Of a stretch of 64,000 nucleotides of DNA, positions 40,275 through 48,832 are shown piece by piece. The stretch spans positions 32,001 to 96,000 of IMG/VR virus record IMGVR_UViG_3300017917_002795. One strand, written 5' to 3'. Position 1 is the first letter of the stretch. Each line of letters begins with the position of its first letter. Under the pieces are notes generated by a model. It saw only the letters and a program-made list of their open reading frames with translations, did not search any database and had not been told where the DNA came from. The translations under genes and the position numbers were made by a program. The DNA is from a virus.

Positions 40275-40784
40275 ATGATGAATACGCTTAAAAAATTATA
40301 TAGAGACTTTTTCGGTTTAACGGAACAAACAATTGTTAATAAAAAACATCCGGTAGTTCCTGGACTAGATCCTAAAGATACCGCTAATCTAGCAAACTAC
40401 AACAAAGAACTACAAAAAACGCAGGCTTTAATGAAAGGCATGACATCAGAAGGAGAAATTGAAGAAGCTAAACTAGATAACAGCATAACAGATTATCAAG
40501 GCGGCGTTGAATATGTATTACATGATCCAGCTGTCGCACAAGCAACGTCCGATTCAATTCGTCAATGGGCTGAGAAAAAAGGGTTTACTGTTGTTAAACA
40601 ACAAGTATCTAAATCAGGTCGTGTTGGATATTTTTATTTTAGATTGGGTCAAGATCCTGCTCGCGAATCACAAAAAATTCAAGGATATTTTGCACAACGT
40701 CCAGAATTAAAACATTTCCGATTCAATGTTAGATCTGCTAAGCCAAAAGCAAATTTACCAGCAAAAATAGTTAAGAAAATTTAA
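40275..40784 (+). CDS. Hypothetical protein
   Basis: 169 aa ORF; leader ending FFGLTEQ. Confidence 0.65.
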   Translation: MMNTLKKLYRDFFGLTEQTIVNKKHPVVPGLDPKDTANLANYNKELQKTQALMKGMTSEGEIEEAKLDNSITDYQGGVEYVLHDPAVAQATSDSIRQWAEKKGFTVVKQQVSKSGRVGYFYFRLGQDPARESQKIQGYFAQRPELKHFRFNVRSAKPKANLPAKIVKKI

Positions 40785-40794
40785 ACACAAATAT

Positions 40795-41040
40795 ATGAGT
40801 AAAAAACAGAAACAACACAAAACAATCGTGCCAGGTAATTCAATGGCAGTAAAAGTTTTAGGATCATCTAAAGAAGATTTAGCATATGCTCTTAAAACAT
40901 GGAAACGCAAAATTAAATCATCAGAAGTTTTAGAAAAAGTTAAAGACAATAAAACTTATGAAAAACCTAGCGTTACTCGACGTGCACAAATGATATCAGC
41001 TCGTTATTTACAATATGTAAAAGATTTGCATAGAGATTAA
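40795..41040 (+). CDS. rpsU: Phage-encoded ribosomal protein bS21
   Basis: V.V....L..ALK.WKRK...VL......YEKPSVTRR bS21 pattern; 81 aa, basic. Confidence 0.85.
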   Translation: MSKKQKQHKTIVPGNSMAVKVLGSSKEDLAYALKTWKRKIKSSEVLEKVKDNKTYEKPSVTRRAQMISARYLQYVKDLHRD

Positions 41041-41069
41041 AATTTAAACAACATTACATTGCATTAACG

Positions 41070-41099
41070 GCCCTAGCTTGAAAAAGTTAGGGCTTTTTT
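41070..41099 (+). terminator. Intrinsic terminator after bS21
   Basis: gccctagctt-gaaa-aagttagggc followed by T6. Confidence 0.85.
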
Positions 41100-41229
41100 A
41101 CTGTTTTTTCAAACGGTGCGGTATTTATTTGAGAATACGCTATTTTCTATATAGTGTTTATAAAATATTTATTCTTATTAAGATTCCAAATAATCTTATT
41201 TCCAAAAAACAAATTTAAGGAGAACAAAC

Positions 41230-42234
41230 ATGGCAAAATCAGATTTGCTAAAAGAAGCAATCGCTGATGCTAAAGCTGTTAGAGAAACTGCATTAGCAAA
41301 CGCAAAAATTGCACTTCAAGAACAGTTTGCCCCTAGAATCCAATCAATGCTATCTGCTAAATTAGCTGAAGAATTAGAAGATGAAGAAGTAGCAGCAGAT
41401 TTGGAAGCAGGAGCAGAAGATATCGAAGCAGGTGCAGAAGAATTAGAAGCTGGCGCAGACGCTGGACAAGATGTAGGTGATTTATCAATCGACGCTGATG
41501 GTGACGGAGAATTTGATGAATTTGACATTATGTCTCAAGAGCCAATCGCTGGTGAAGAAGAAATGGGCGCAGAAGCTGGTATGGAAGGCGAAGAAGCTGC
41601 ACCAGACGCAGAGTACGAAGACAGTATGGAAGAAGATCTTAATCTAGAAGAAATTCTACGTGAATTGGAAATGCCTATGGATGACATGGATGCTGAAGCT
41701 GGAATGGAAGCTGAAGAGCCAGTTGCCGAAGGATATGGTCATGATGAAGAAGATGTAGTAGAAGAAAACATCGACGAGATCATTGAAGCTATTCTACGCG
41801 AAACTGAAGAAGTAGAAGATTCGTCAGATGCTTCAAAATTAGAAGAAGAAAATGCAGAATTGAAAGAAGAACTAGAAGAAGCTTATAGCACAGTTAAACA
41901 ACTTAAATCAGTTATCAACGAAGTAAACCTTCTTAATGCAAAACTTCTTTACACAAACAAATTGTTCCGTAACTTTGAATTGAATGAATCACAAAAAATG
42001 AAAGTTATCGAGAACTTTGATAGAGCAGCAAATACAAGAGAAGCAAAATTAGTATTCGCAACATTGGCTGAAAGTTTCAATAAACCTAAATTGACTCCAA
42101 AGCGTAAAATGGTTAAAGAATCAATTGCATCTAAACCTGTTGCTACTACAGCACCATCAAAAGAAACAACACAAATTCTTTCAGAAGGTTTTGAAATGGC
42201 AAACCGTTGGAAGAAATTGGCAGGATTAATTTAA
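41230..42234 (+). CDS. Prohead scaffold/core protein (gp22-like position)
   Basis: Highly acidic, C-terminal coiled coil, immediately upstream of the major capsid gene; AAGGAG RBS. Confidence 0.75.
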   Translation: MAKSDLLKEAIADAKAVRETALANAKIALQEQFAPRIQSMLSAKLAEELEDEEVAADLEAGAEDIEAGAEELEAGADAGQDVGDLSIDADGDGEFDEFDIMSQEPIAGEEEMGAEAGMEGEEAAPDAEYEDSMEEDLNLEEILRELEMPMDDMDAEAGMEAEEPVAEGYGHDEEDVVEENIDEIIEAILRETEEVEDSSDASKLEEENAELKEELEEAYSTVKQLKSVINEVNLLNAKLLYTNKLFRNFELNESQKMKVIENFDRAANTREAKLVFATLAESFNKPKLTPKRKMVKESIASKPVATTAPSKETTQILSEGFEMANRWKKLAGLI

Positions 42235-42264
42235 TTTTTAACAAAAACAAAAAAAAGGATAAAG

Positions 42265-43929
42265 ATGAGTTTAAATTCATTATTACAAAGCCCGGATAAT
42301 TCTCAAAGAGCTGCAGCAGTAGCTACTATTAAGAAATGGGAAAAAACCGGTTTATTAGAAGGTCTTCGTAACGAGACTGAAAAAGCAGGTATGGCTCAAT
42401 TGCTTGAAAACCAAGCACGTCAATTAGTAAAAGAAGCTTCACAAACAGGTACCGCAGAAGGATCTGAAGAGTGGGCTGGTGTAGCACTTCCATTGGTACG
42501 TCGTATCTTTGCTGAATTTGCTGCTAAAGAATTCGTATCAGTTCAACCAATGAACTTGCCTTCAGGTCTAGTATTTTACCTAGATTTTAAATATGGTACA
42601 GGTGTACCAGGATTCACTGCAGATCAAGCAGATCCAGTTTCAGCAGCTGGTCATCCATTTGCATCTCCTGAGTCTGATGATTCATTGTTTGGTGTAACTA
42701 ATACATCTGTTGACCCAACTGGTGGTCTTTATGGTGCTGGTCGTTTTGGTTATTCAATCAACGAAGTTACTGCATCAGTAGCAGCAACAACTGCATCAGT
42801 TGATTCTGGTTCAGTGAATTTTGATTCAGCATATACAAATACAGCATTGTCTGGATATACAAAAGTTTTAGTTTCAACTGGTTCGTTACCTTCAGCAGAT
42901 TTAACTGCAGTTAGATCATTTGTATTAACTTCAGGTTCGGCTGGTACAATTGTAACTACAGCAATGAACATTCCTGCATTTACAAAACTTAATTTATCAT
43001 CAGGAAATGTTGAATTTATCGTGTCTAAATCAGCTGGTATGAATGGTGTATCTGGATATACAGTAGCATATAGCAAACAACCTATCTCTTACAACAGAGG
43101 TGATTTTGAAGATGCAAATCCATTCAAAGGTTCTGGCGCTAATCAAGGTATCAACAACGGTACAGATATCGCAATTCCAGAATTGAACTTGGAGCTTCAA
43201 TCAGAGCCAATCGTTGCTAAAACACGTAAGTTGAAAGCAGTTTGGACTCCTGAATTTGCTCAAGACCTTAACGCTTACCATTCAATTGATGCTGAAGCTG
43301 AATTGACTTCAATGCTTTCTGAGTATGTATCTATGGAAATCGATTTAGAGATTCTTGATATGTTGATTTCTGCAGCTCCAACAACTGAGTATTGGTCAGC
43401 TAAAAACAATAACATCTGGAATGGTTCTGGATTCACACAATCATCTGCAGTAGCTGGTGATGGTTTCTATAACACTCAAGGTGGATGGTTCCAAACATTG
43501 GGTACTAAACTTCAAAAAGTGTCTAACAAAATTCACCAAAAAACATTGCGTGGTGGTGCTAACTTCTTAGTAACTTCTCCTGCAGTTGCAACTATTCTTG
43601 AGTCTATCCCAGGATTTGCTGCTGACACTGATGGTACTAAATTAGAATTTGCTGCTGGTGTTCAAAAAATTGGTGCTATCAATAACAGATACACAGTTTA
43701 CAAAAACCCATACATGAAAGAGAACGTAATCCTTATGGGATTCAGAGGAGCACAATTCCTTGAAACAGGTGCTGTTTATTCTCCATACATTCCACTTATC
43801 ATGACTCCATTGATTTATGATCCAATCAACTTCACTCCACGTAAAGGTGTTATGACACGTTACGCGAAGAAAGTGGTTCGTCCAGAGTTCTACGGTAAAG
43901 TATATGTACATGGTTTAGAAACTCTTTAA
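42265..43929 (+). CDS. Major capsid protein (gp23-like)
   Basis: LPLVRR, VSVQPMNLPSGLVFYL, AKTRKLKAVWTPEFAQDL, EIDLEIL, YSPYIPL, FTPRKGVMTRY. Confidence 0.96.
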   Translation: MSLNSLLQSPDNSQRAAAVATIKKWEKTGLLEGLRNETEKAGMAQLLENQARQLVKEASQTGTAEGSEEWAGVALPLVRRIFAEFAAKEFVSVQPMNLPSGLVFYLDFKYGTGVPGFTADQADPVSAAGHPFASPESDDSLFGVTNTSVDPTGGLYGAGRFGYSINEVTASVAATTASVDSGSVNFDSAYTNTALSGYTKVLVSTGSLPSADLTAVRSFVLTSGSAGTIVTTAMNIPAFTKLNLSSGNVEFIVSKSAGMNGVSGYTVAYSKQPISYNRGDFEDANPFKGSGANQGINNGTDIAIPELNLELQSEPIVAKTRKLKAVWTPEFAQDLNAYHSIDAEAELTSMLSEYVSMEIDLEILDMLISAAPTTEYWSAKNNNIWNGSGFTQSSAVAGDGFYNTQGGWFQTLGTKLQKVSNKIHQKTLRGGANFLVTSPAVATILESIPGFAADTDGTKLEFAAGVQKIGAINNRYTVYKNPYMKENVILMGFRGAQFLETGAVYSPYIPLIMTPLIYDPINFTPRKGVMTRYAKKVVRPEFYGKVYVHGLETL

Positions 43930-43949
43930 TAGTTAACTATTTACTAATT

Positions 43950-43982
43950 AGAAAGGGGGTGGCTTCGGTCACCCCTTTCTTA
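43950..43982 (+). terminator. Intrinsic terminator after the major capsid gene
   Basis: agaaagggggtggc-ttcg-gtcacccctttct. Confidence 0.85.
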
Positions 43983-44012
43983 CTGTTTGTATATTTATAT
44001 TAAAAAAAGATT

Positions 44013-44288
44013 ATGGCAGTAGATAGACACAAATATTCAATGGATGTGATCATACGATATGCTGGTCGTTTGATTGATGTATTAGATCGTTTGCGAGCAA
44101 TTCGAATGGTGTTGATGGTTCATATTGAACAAGATTTAGGTCCTGATAAAGAACGCATTAACATTAAAATCATGACTCCATATCCACCTCGTGAAACTTT
44201 TCATGCAATTCGTAAATTAGCTCTAGGAAAGATTGAAGAATTACATGAAATGTCTCTACAGGAATCAACTCTTACGAAACTATTTTAA
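44013..44288 (+). CDS. Small hypothetical protein
   Basis: 91 aa; ATATTTATA at 43991. Confidence 0.65.
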   Translation: MAVDRHKYSMDVIIRYAGRLIDVLDRLRAIRMVLMVHIEQDLGPDKERINIKIMTPYPPRETFHAIRKLALGKIEELHEMSLQESTLTKLF

Positions 44289-44360
44289 TGATATGTCTGT
44301 TGATATAAAATACATCACAGTATTATCAATAAATATATTTATATAAAAAAAAAGGATATC

Positions 44361-45584
44361 ATGGATTACAGCGAAAATAAGCCAATATGGCCTGGATCAT
44401 CTTCATTTTCCCCTGGTAAAACACCGTTTGGATATTTTGATTCTGATCCGGTATTTGCTTCGCATGCTGATAAGTTTGCTGAGTTTGCTGCTAATTCAGT
44501 TGGTTATCCAGTAATGGATGTTGAACTTCAAGATGTTAACTTTTATACGGCATTTGAAGCTGCTGTAATAGAATATTCAAATCAAGTAAATCAAGTTAAT
44601 ATAGTTAACAATTTGCTCAATACAATAGGATTGCAAACTCAATCTAATCTAATAGGAAGTGAAGGTTTAACTGGAAAACCAGTAGGTAATTCACTTTCAT
44701 ACATTGTTAAACTGAGTAAAGCATACGGAACTGAAGCTGAATCGGGTGGTACCATTAAATGGTATTCTGCATCATTTGATGTGGTGAATATGAAACAAAC
44801 ATATAGTATCCGCGAAGCAGTTTCAGCATCATTAGGCATCACTTTAAGTGATACTAGTTCAATTGAAATACGCAGAGTGTTGCACTATATGCCGCCTGCC
44901 ATTGTTAGATATTTTGATCCATTTGTTGGAACGGGATTAGGTTCTCAAGCATTATTAGATGCATTTGATTTCGGAGGATTTTCTCCTTCTGTAAACTTCA
45001 TGATGATGCCAATACATGCAGATTTACTTCGTTTGCAAGCCATTGAGTTCAATGATCAGATACGTAAATCACATTTTTCTTTTGATATTCATGGAGATGA
45101 TATACGGATTTATCCGGTACCAGGAACACAAGGAACTGCATCTACGCCATATTTTGGGAAGGTTTGGTTTGAATTCTTGTTTGAAGAACAAAAAAATAAG
45201 GATGCACTCTTATTTGGCAATACAGCACTTGTAAACGGTGTTGTCAGTGACGCATCTAATATACCATATACGTTCCAAACATACGGGAACATTAATGATA
45301 TGGGGCGTGCGTGGATACTGAGATATGGTTCGGCACTTGCCAAAGAAATGTTAGGTTTCGTCCGCAATAAGTATTCTTCTGTGCCAATACCGAATGGCGA
45401 AGTAACGCTTAATGGTGCAGAATTAGTATCACAAGCACAGAGTGAAAAAACAGAATTAATTTCTCAACTGAGAGAATTTTTAGAAAAATTGACAAAAGAA
45501 CAAATGTTGACGCGTCAAACGGCTGAAGCAAATCAAATGAATGAGTTGCTAGCAAAAGCGCCGTTGCGCATATATGTTGGATAA
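44361..45584 (+). CDS. Neck/head-completion protein (gp13-like)
   Basis: GYPVMDVEL..; W..RY..ALAKEMLG..R.KY..VPIPNGEVTLNG.EL. Confidence 0.75.
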   Translation: MDYSENKPIWPGSSSFSPGKTPFGYFDSDPVFASHADKFAEFAANSVGYPVMDVELQDVNFYTAFEAAVIEYSNQVNQVNIVNNLLNTIGLQTQSNLIGSEGLTGKPVGNSLSYIVKLSKAYGTEAESGGTIKWYSASFDVVNMKQTYSIREAVSASLGITLSDTSSIEIRRVLHYMPPAIVRYFDPFVGTGLGSQALLDAFDFGGFSPSVNFMMMPIHADLLRLQAIEFNDQIRKSHFSFDIHGDDIRIYPVPGTQGTASTPYFGKVWFEFLFEEQKNKDALLFGNTALVNGVVSDASNIPYTFQTYGNINDMGRAWILRYGSALAKEMLGFVRNKYSSVPIPNGEVTLNGAELVSQAQSEKTELISQLREFLEKLTKEQMLTRQTAEANQMNELLAKAPLRIYVG

Positions 45585-45595
45585 GGAGTTAGACG

Positions 45596-46114
45596 ATGGC
45601 ACTTTTTGGAGGAAAACGGGATGCACGTTTCTTGGCTTCTATCAATGCGGAGTTGATCAATGCTATCGTAGATACAGAAATTGAATACTTCAAACTGCAA
45701 GTAGAACAAAGCAATTCTAATCTATATGGAGAATCTGAACGAAAAGCATATTTTGATTCAATATTGATTCCATGTTTGATTACAAAAGATGAAAAAGCTT
45801 CTGCAATGGATGATTATGGTCATACATATACACGTACTGCCAAGTTTGCATTGTCTCGAGATTTATTAGAACGAGCTGGTTTATATCCGGAAGTTGGTGA
45901 TATTGTGTTATGGGATAATGAATATTTTGAAATCGATAATGTTGATGCAAATCAATATTTTGTAGGTAAGAATCCAGAAACATGGCCAAACGGAGACGAT
46001 CATGGATACAGTGTTTCGGTGGTATGTGATGCCCATGCAACTCGTCAAACACCATTAGGTATACGAGATATTCGGCGAGGTGGTAACAATGATTTTGGAT
46101 ATAAAGGATTTTAA
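45596..46114 (+). CDS. Neck/head-closure protein (gp14-like)
   Basis: NLYGES..; YPEVGDIV.W..YFEI; follows the gp13-like gene. Confidence 0.7.
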   Translation: MALFGGKRDARFLASINAELINAIVDTEIEYFKLQVEQSNSNLYGESERKAYFDSILIPCLITKDEKASAMDDYGHTYTRTAKFALSRDLLERAGLYPEVGDIVLWDNEYFEIDNVDANQYFVGKNPETWPNGDDHGYSVSVVCDAHATRQTPLGIRDIRRGGNNDFGYKGF

Positions 46115-47337
46115 TGGCCAAGAATAGACAAAACATAGATCGTAAAACTAACAAACCTAATCCGCGTCGCACAGAAGGTCTTACACCAGATCCAATTTTA
46201 AATCGTGCTGAGCAGATACGCAGAGATGATGATGTTATTCGCACTGAAAAGCGTACGGTTTATGATATTGACTTTGCTATCAAATGGTACATTGACAATG
46301 AAATTCAGCCACAAATTATGGCAGATCAAACCCTAATTCCAGTACCAGTAATATTTGCCAACGGAGAAAAATGGGACAATGTCCGCAGATTAGGTTATCT
46401 TCGTGATGAAAAGGGTAAGCTTCAATCTCCACTCATCATGCTGAAACGAAATTCAGTGCAAGAACGAGATAACAACAAACATCTGGATGTTAACCGACAG
46501 TTTCCAGGAAACCAATTTGTTCACAAACAATCATATAATAAACGAAACCGATACGAAGATCAACTTTTTCCAATACCAAATCCACAACGCGCTGAATCAA
46601 AAGAAATCTATGTAATTGATATTCCAAAATATGTAACTGTTGAATATGAAATGTTGATGTGGTGTGATTTTACCACACAACTAAATGATTTAATTGATCA
46701 ACTACTTCCATATAATCGTTATGGATGGGGCAATGAGTCAAACAAGTTTCATGTGTCATATGGTGCTACTAGTTTTGAAACAGTTAATACGGTTGGGGAA
46801 GATCGCTTAGTTCGTGCTACTTTGCCGATGACTGTGTTAGGCACATTGTTATCAGCTCAAGAAACTCGAGTGGAAACATTGAGAAAGATGTATTCAATTA
46901 AAAAAGTTTCATTTGATGTTATAGTAGATGTTGGCGACTTAAATATATTTTCGACAACTACAGTGCCACAAAACATTTTGCAATACCAGACCAATGTATT
47001 ATCTGGTGCTAATATTGTTGTTAGCGGAGGCGGCGGAGCACAAACAATTAATGCTACTGCAATGACATATTTGACCAATGTAACGGAACGACAATCTGCA
47101 TATGTAAATTCAACTACCATAACAATTGCTGCACTTGCTGCCGTGAATCCTGTATTATATACAACCGCAACTAAAGATGAATTTGATTTATATATTAATG
47201 GTCAATACATTGATAAAGCGGCATATACATGGACACCTAGTGATATTTTATCGCAAACGATTGTGTTTGATACTGCTATATTGAATTATAGTATAGATCC
47301 ATCTGATGTGATAATTGTTAAAGGGAGATGGGCATAA
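46114..47337 (+). CDS. Tail completion/sheath stabiliser (gp15-like) with extra C-terminal beta domain
   Basis: IPVPVIFANGEKW, PLIMLKR, P.YVTVEYE; C-terminal FDLYINGQ..DVIIV domain. Confidence 0.65.
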   Translation: MAKNRQNIDRKTNKPNPRRTEGLTPDPILNRAEQIRRDDDVIRTEKRTVYDIDFAIKWYIDNEIQPQIMADQTLIPVPVIFANGEKWDNVRRLGYLRDEKGKLQSPLIMLKRNSVQERDNNKHLDVNRQFPGNQFVHKQSYNKRNRYEDQLFPIPNPQRAESKEIYVIDIPKYVTVEYEMLMWCDFTTQLNDLIDQLLPYNRYGWGNESNKFHVSYGATSFETVNTVGEDRLVRATLPMTVLGTLLSAQETRVETLRKMYSIKKVSFDVIVDVGDLNIFSTTTVPQNILQYQTNVLSGANIVVSGGGGAQTINATAMTYLTNVTERQSAYVNSTTITIAALAAVNPVLYTTATKDEFDLYINGQYIDKAAYTWTPSDILSQTIVFDTAILNYSIDPSDVIIVKGRWA

Positions 47338-47945
47338 TGAGGCAATTCAAACCGGGTCAGTTACAATCAGGATCTTTATATCCAATTTCAGCCAGTTTTG
47401 CATTAACTGCTTCATATGCTACAAATGCTGGCATTGACACCGGATCACTTGTTTCTACAGCATCATTTAATTCATTTACTGCATCATATACAACCGGATC
47501 ATTTACAGGATCATTCATCGGAGATGGAAGTGGTTTAACCGGCGTTATACCTCCTTTAAGTTCTAGTTATATATTTGTTGGTAACGCATCTAATGTTGCA
47601 ACCGGCGTTTCAATGTCTGGAGATGTTGCAATTGATCAGAATGGTGTTACTACAATTCAACCGCATGTAGTTTCTTATGATAAGATTCAATATGTTTCTC
47701 AATCTGCTATATTAGGTTCGTTAAGTGGATCTGGATCGCCAGTATCTGAAATTCCAATTATTGATGCATACTTAACCTCTAGCATTCCGGCTTCATTGCT
47801 CAATGACACAAACAATTGGGATATTAATGGAAACTACATAGGAACTGCAATATCGGGCACATATCAAGGACAATCACATTACAATGCAAACTATTGGTTT
47901 ACAGCAGTCAATGACAATACGTGGATAAGATTAATTAGAGGATAA
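47337..47945 (+). CDS. Ser/Thr-rich fibre/decoration protein
   Basis: TAATG-coupled start at 47337; TASF and GSFTGSFIGDGSGL motifs. Confidence 0.6.
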   Translation: MRQFKPGQLQSGSLYPISASFALTASYATNAGIDTGSLVSTASFNSFTASYTTGSFTGSFIGDGSGLTGVIPPLSSSYIFVGNASNVATGVSMSGDVAIDQNGVTTIQPHVVSYDKIQYVSQSAILGSLSGSGSPVSEIPIIDAYLTSSIPASLLNDTNNWDINGNYIGTAISGTYQGQSHYNANYWFTAVNDNTWIRLIRG

Positions 47946-47951
47946 CACAGA

Positions 47952-48434
47952 ATGAGCATTATTTTATACAAAGATCGTTTCATATCTAATAGCACGCCAG
48001 TCGATGTGTTATTAGAAGGTGGTGCGTTCCGTGTATTTGAAGGCGATATTTCTGAGTTAAACAATTTACCGCAAGACCGGCGAAAACCAGGTATGATTTG
48101 TGGTATATTGAATGGCCAGTCTTACTACATATTGAATCAGGGTCCATGGTCATACACAGATTCGGATTGGGAAGAAATTGTTGTTGTTCGAAAATCACAA
48201 GAAATATATTTTGTTGATAAAGAAACACCAACCGGCACGGTAGATGATATGAACATGATATTTGAATTACAACATCAACCAGTTGCAGATTCAGAACATG
48301 TTTATATTAATGGTATACTTCAAACGCCAGGAGATACTGCAGATTATGTTATCGCAACCAATCAAATCATATTTGCTGAACCACCATTTCCTGGTGCTAA
48401 TATACGGTGTACATACCGATATGTAAATGTTTAA
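47952..48434 (+). CDS. Structural protein with a C-terminal beta domain shared with 48833..51364
   Basis: ETPTGTVD..N.IFEL..SEHVYINGILQ..DY..I.F..PP..G. Confidence 0.6.
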   Translation: MSIILYKDRFISNSTPVDVLLEGGAFRVFEGDISELNNLPQDRRKPGMICGILNGQSYYILNQGPWSYTDSDWEEIVVVRKSQEIYFVDKETPTGTVDDMNMIFELQHQPVADSEHVYINGILQTPGDTADYVIATNQIIFAEPPFPGANIRCTYRYVNV

Positions 48435-48527
48435 AAATTTTTCGCCAATATTGTATAGTTTTTTGTAGTTTTATAAAACATGCATATATTTATATTTGAA
48501 TTCAAAAAAAATAGAATTCTTATTTAT

Positions 48528-48749
48528 ATGAACTATTTAACTTCAGATTTATATTTAACGGCCTACCTTAAGATCAAGGGACATAAATTCATTGTAGAAA
48601 AATCTGCAAAGAAATCTACATTTGTTTTCCAATCTAGTCCCGAACTATTATCCCATGTAGATGAATATTTAACGGAAACGGGTTCGTGCGAACCTTTGGC
48701 TTTCACAAATGCCATAAAGAACCTTAAAAATCTTTTATTCAACAAGTAA
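48528..48749 (+). CDS. DUF5659-like small protein
   Basis: TSDLYLTAYL..G..F.F pattern; start moved to ATG 48528. Confidence 0.55.
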   Translation: MNYLTSDLYLTAYLKIKGHKFIVEKSAKKSTFVFQSSPELLSHVDEYLTETGSCEPLAFTNAIKNLKNLLFNK

Positions 48750-48832
48750 TCCGGTTGGATTGCTACATTTTGAATGGGATCATACTGGTTCATTGAACTT
48801 AATTAATTTTTAAAAAAAAGGAACAAAACAAA

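Noticed and set aside
34161-43929. Introns or inteins in terminase, portal or capsid genes
   Set aside because: Frames are continuous, lengths are ordinary, and no splicing or homing-endonuclease motifs were seen.
44289-44328. Imperfect inverted repeat before the neck gene
   Set aside because: A weak AT-rich stem with bulges and no U-tract; cannot be distinguished from chance.
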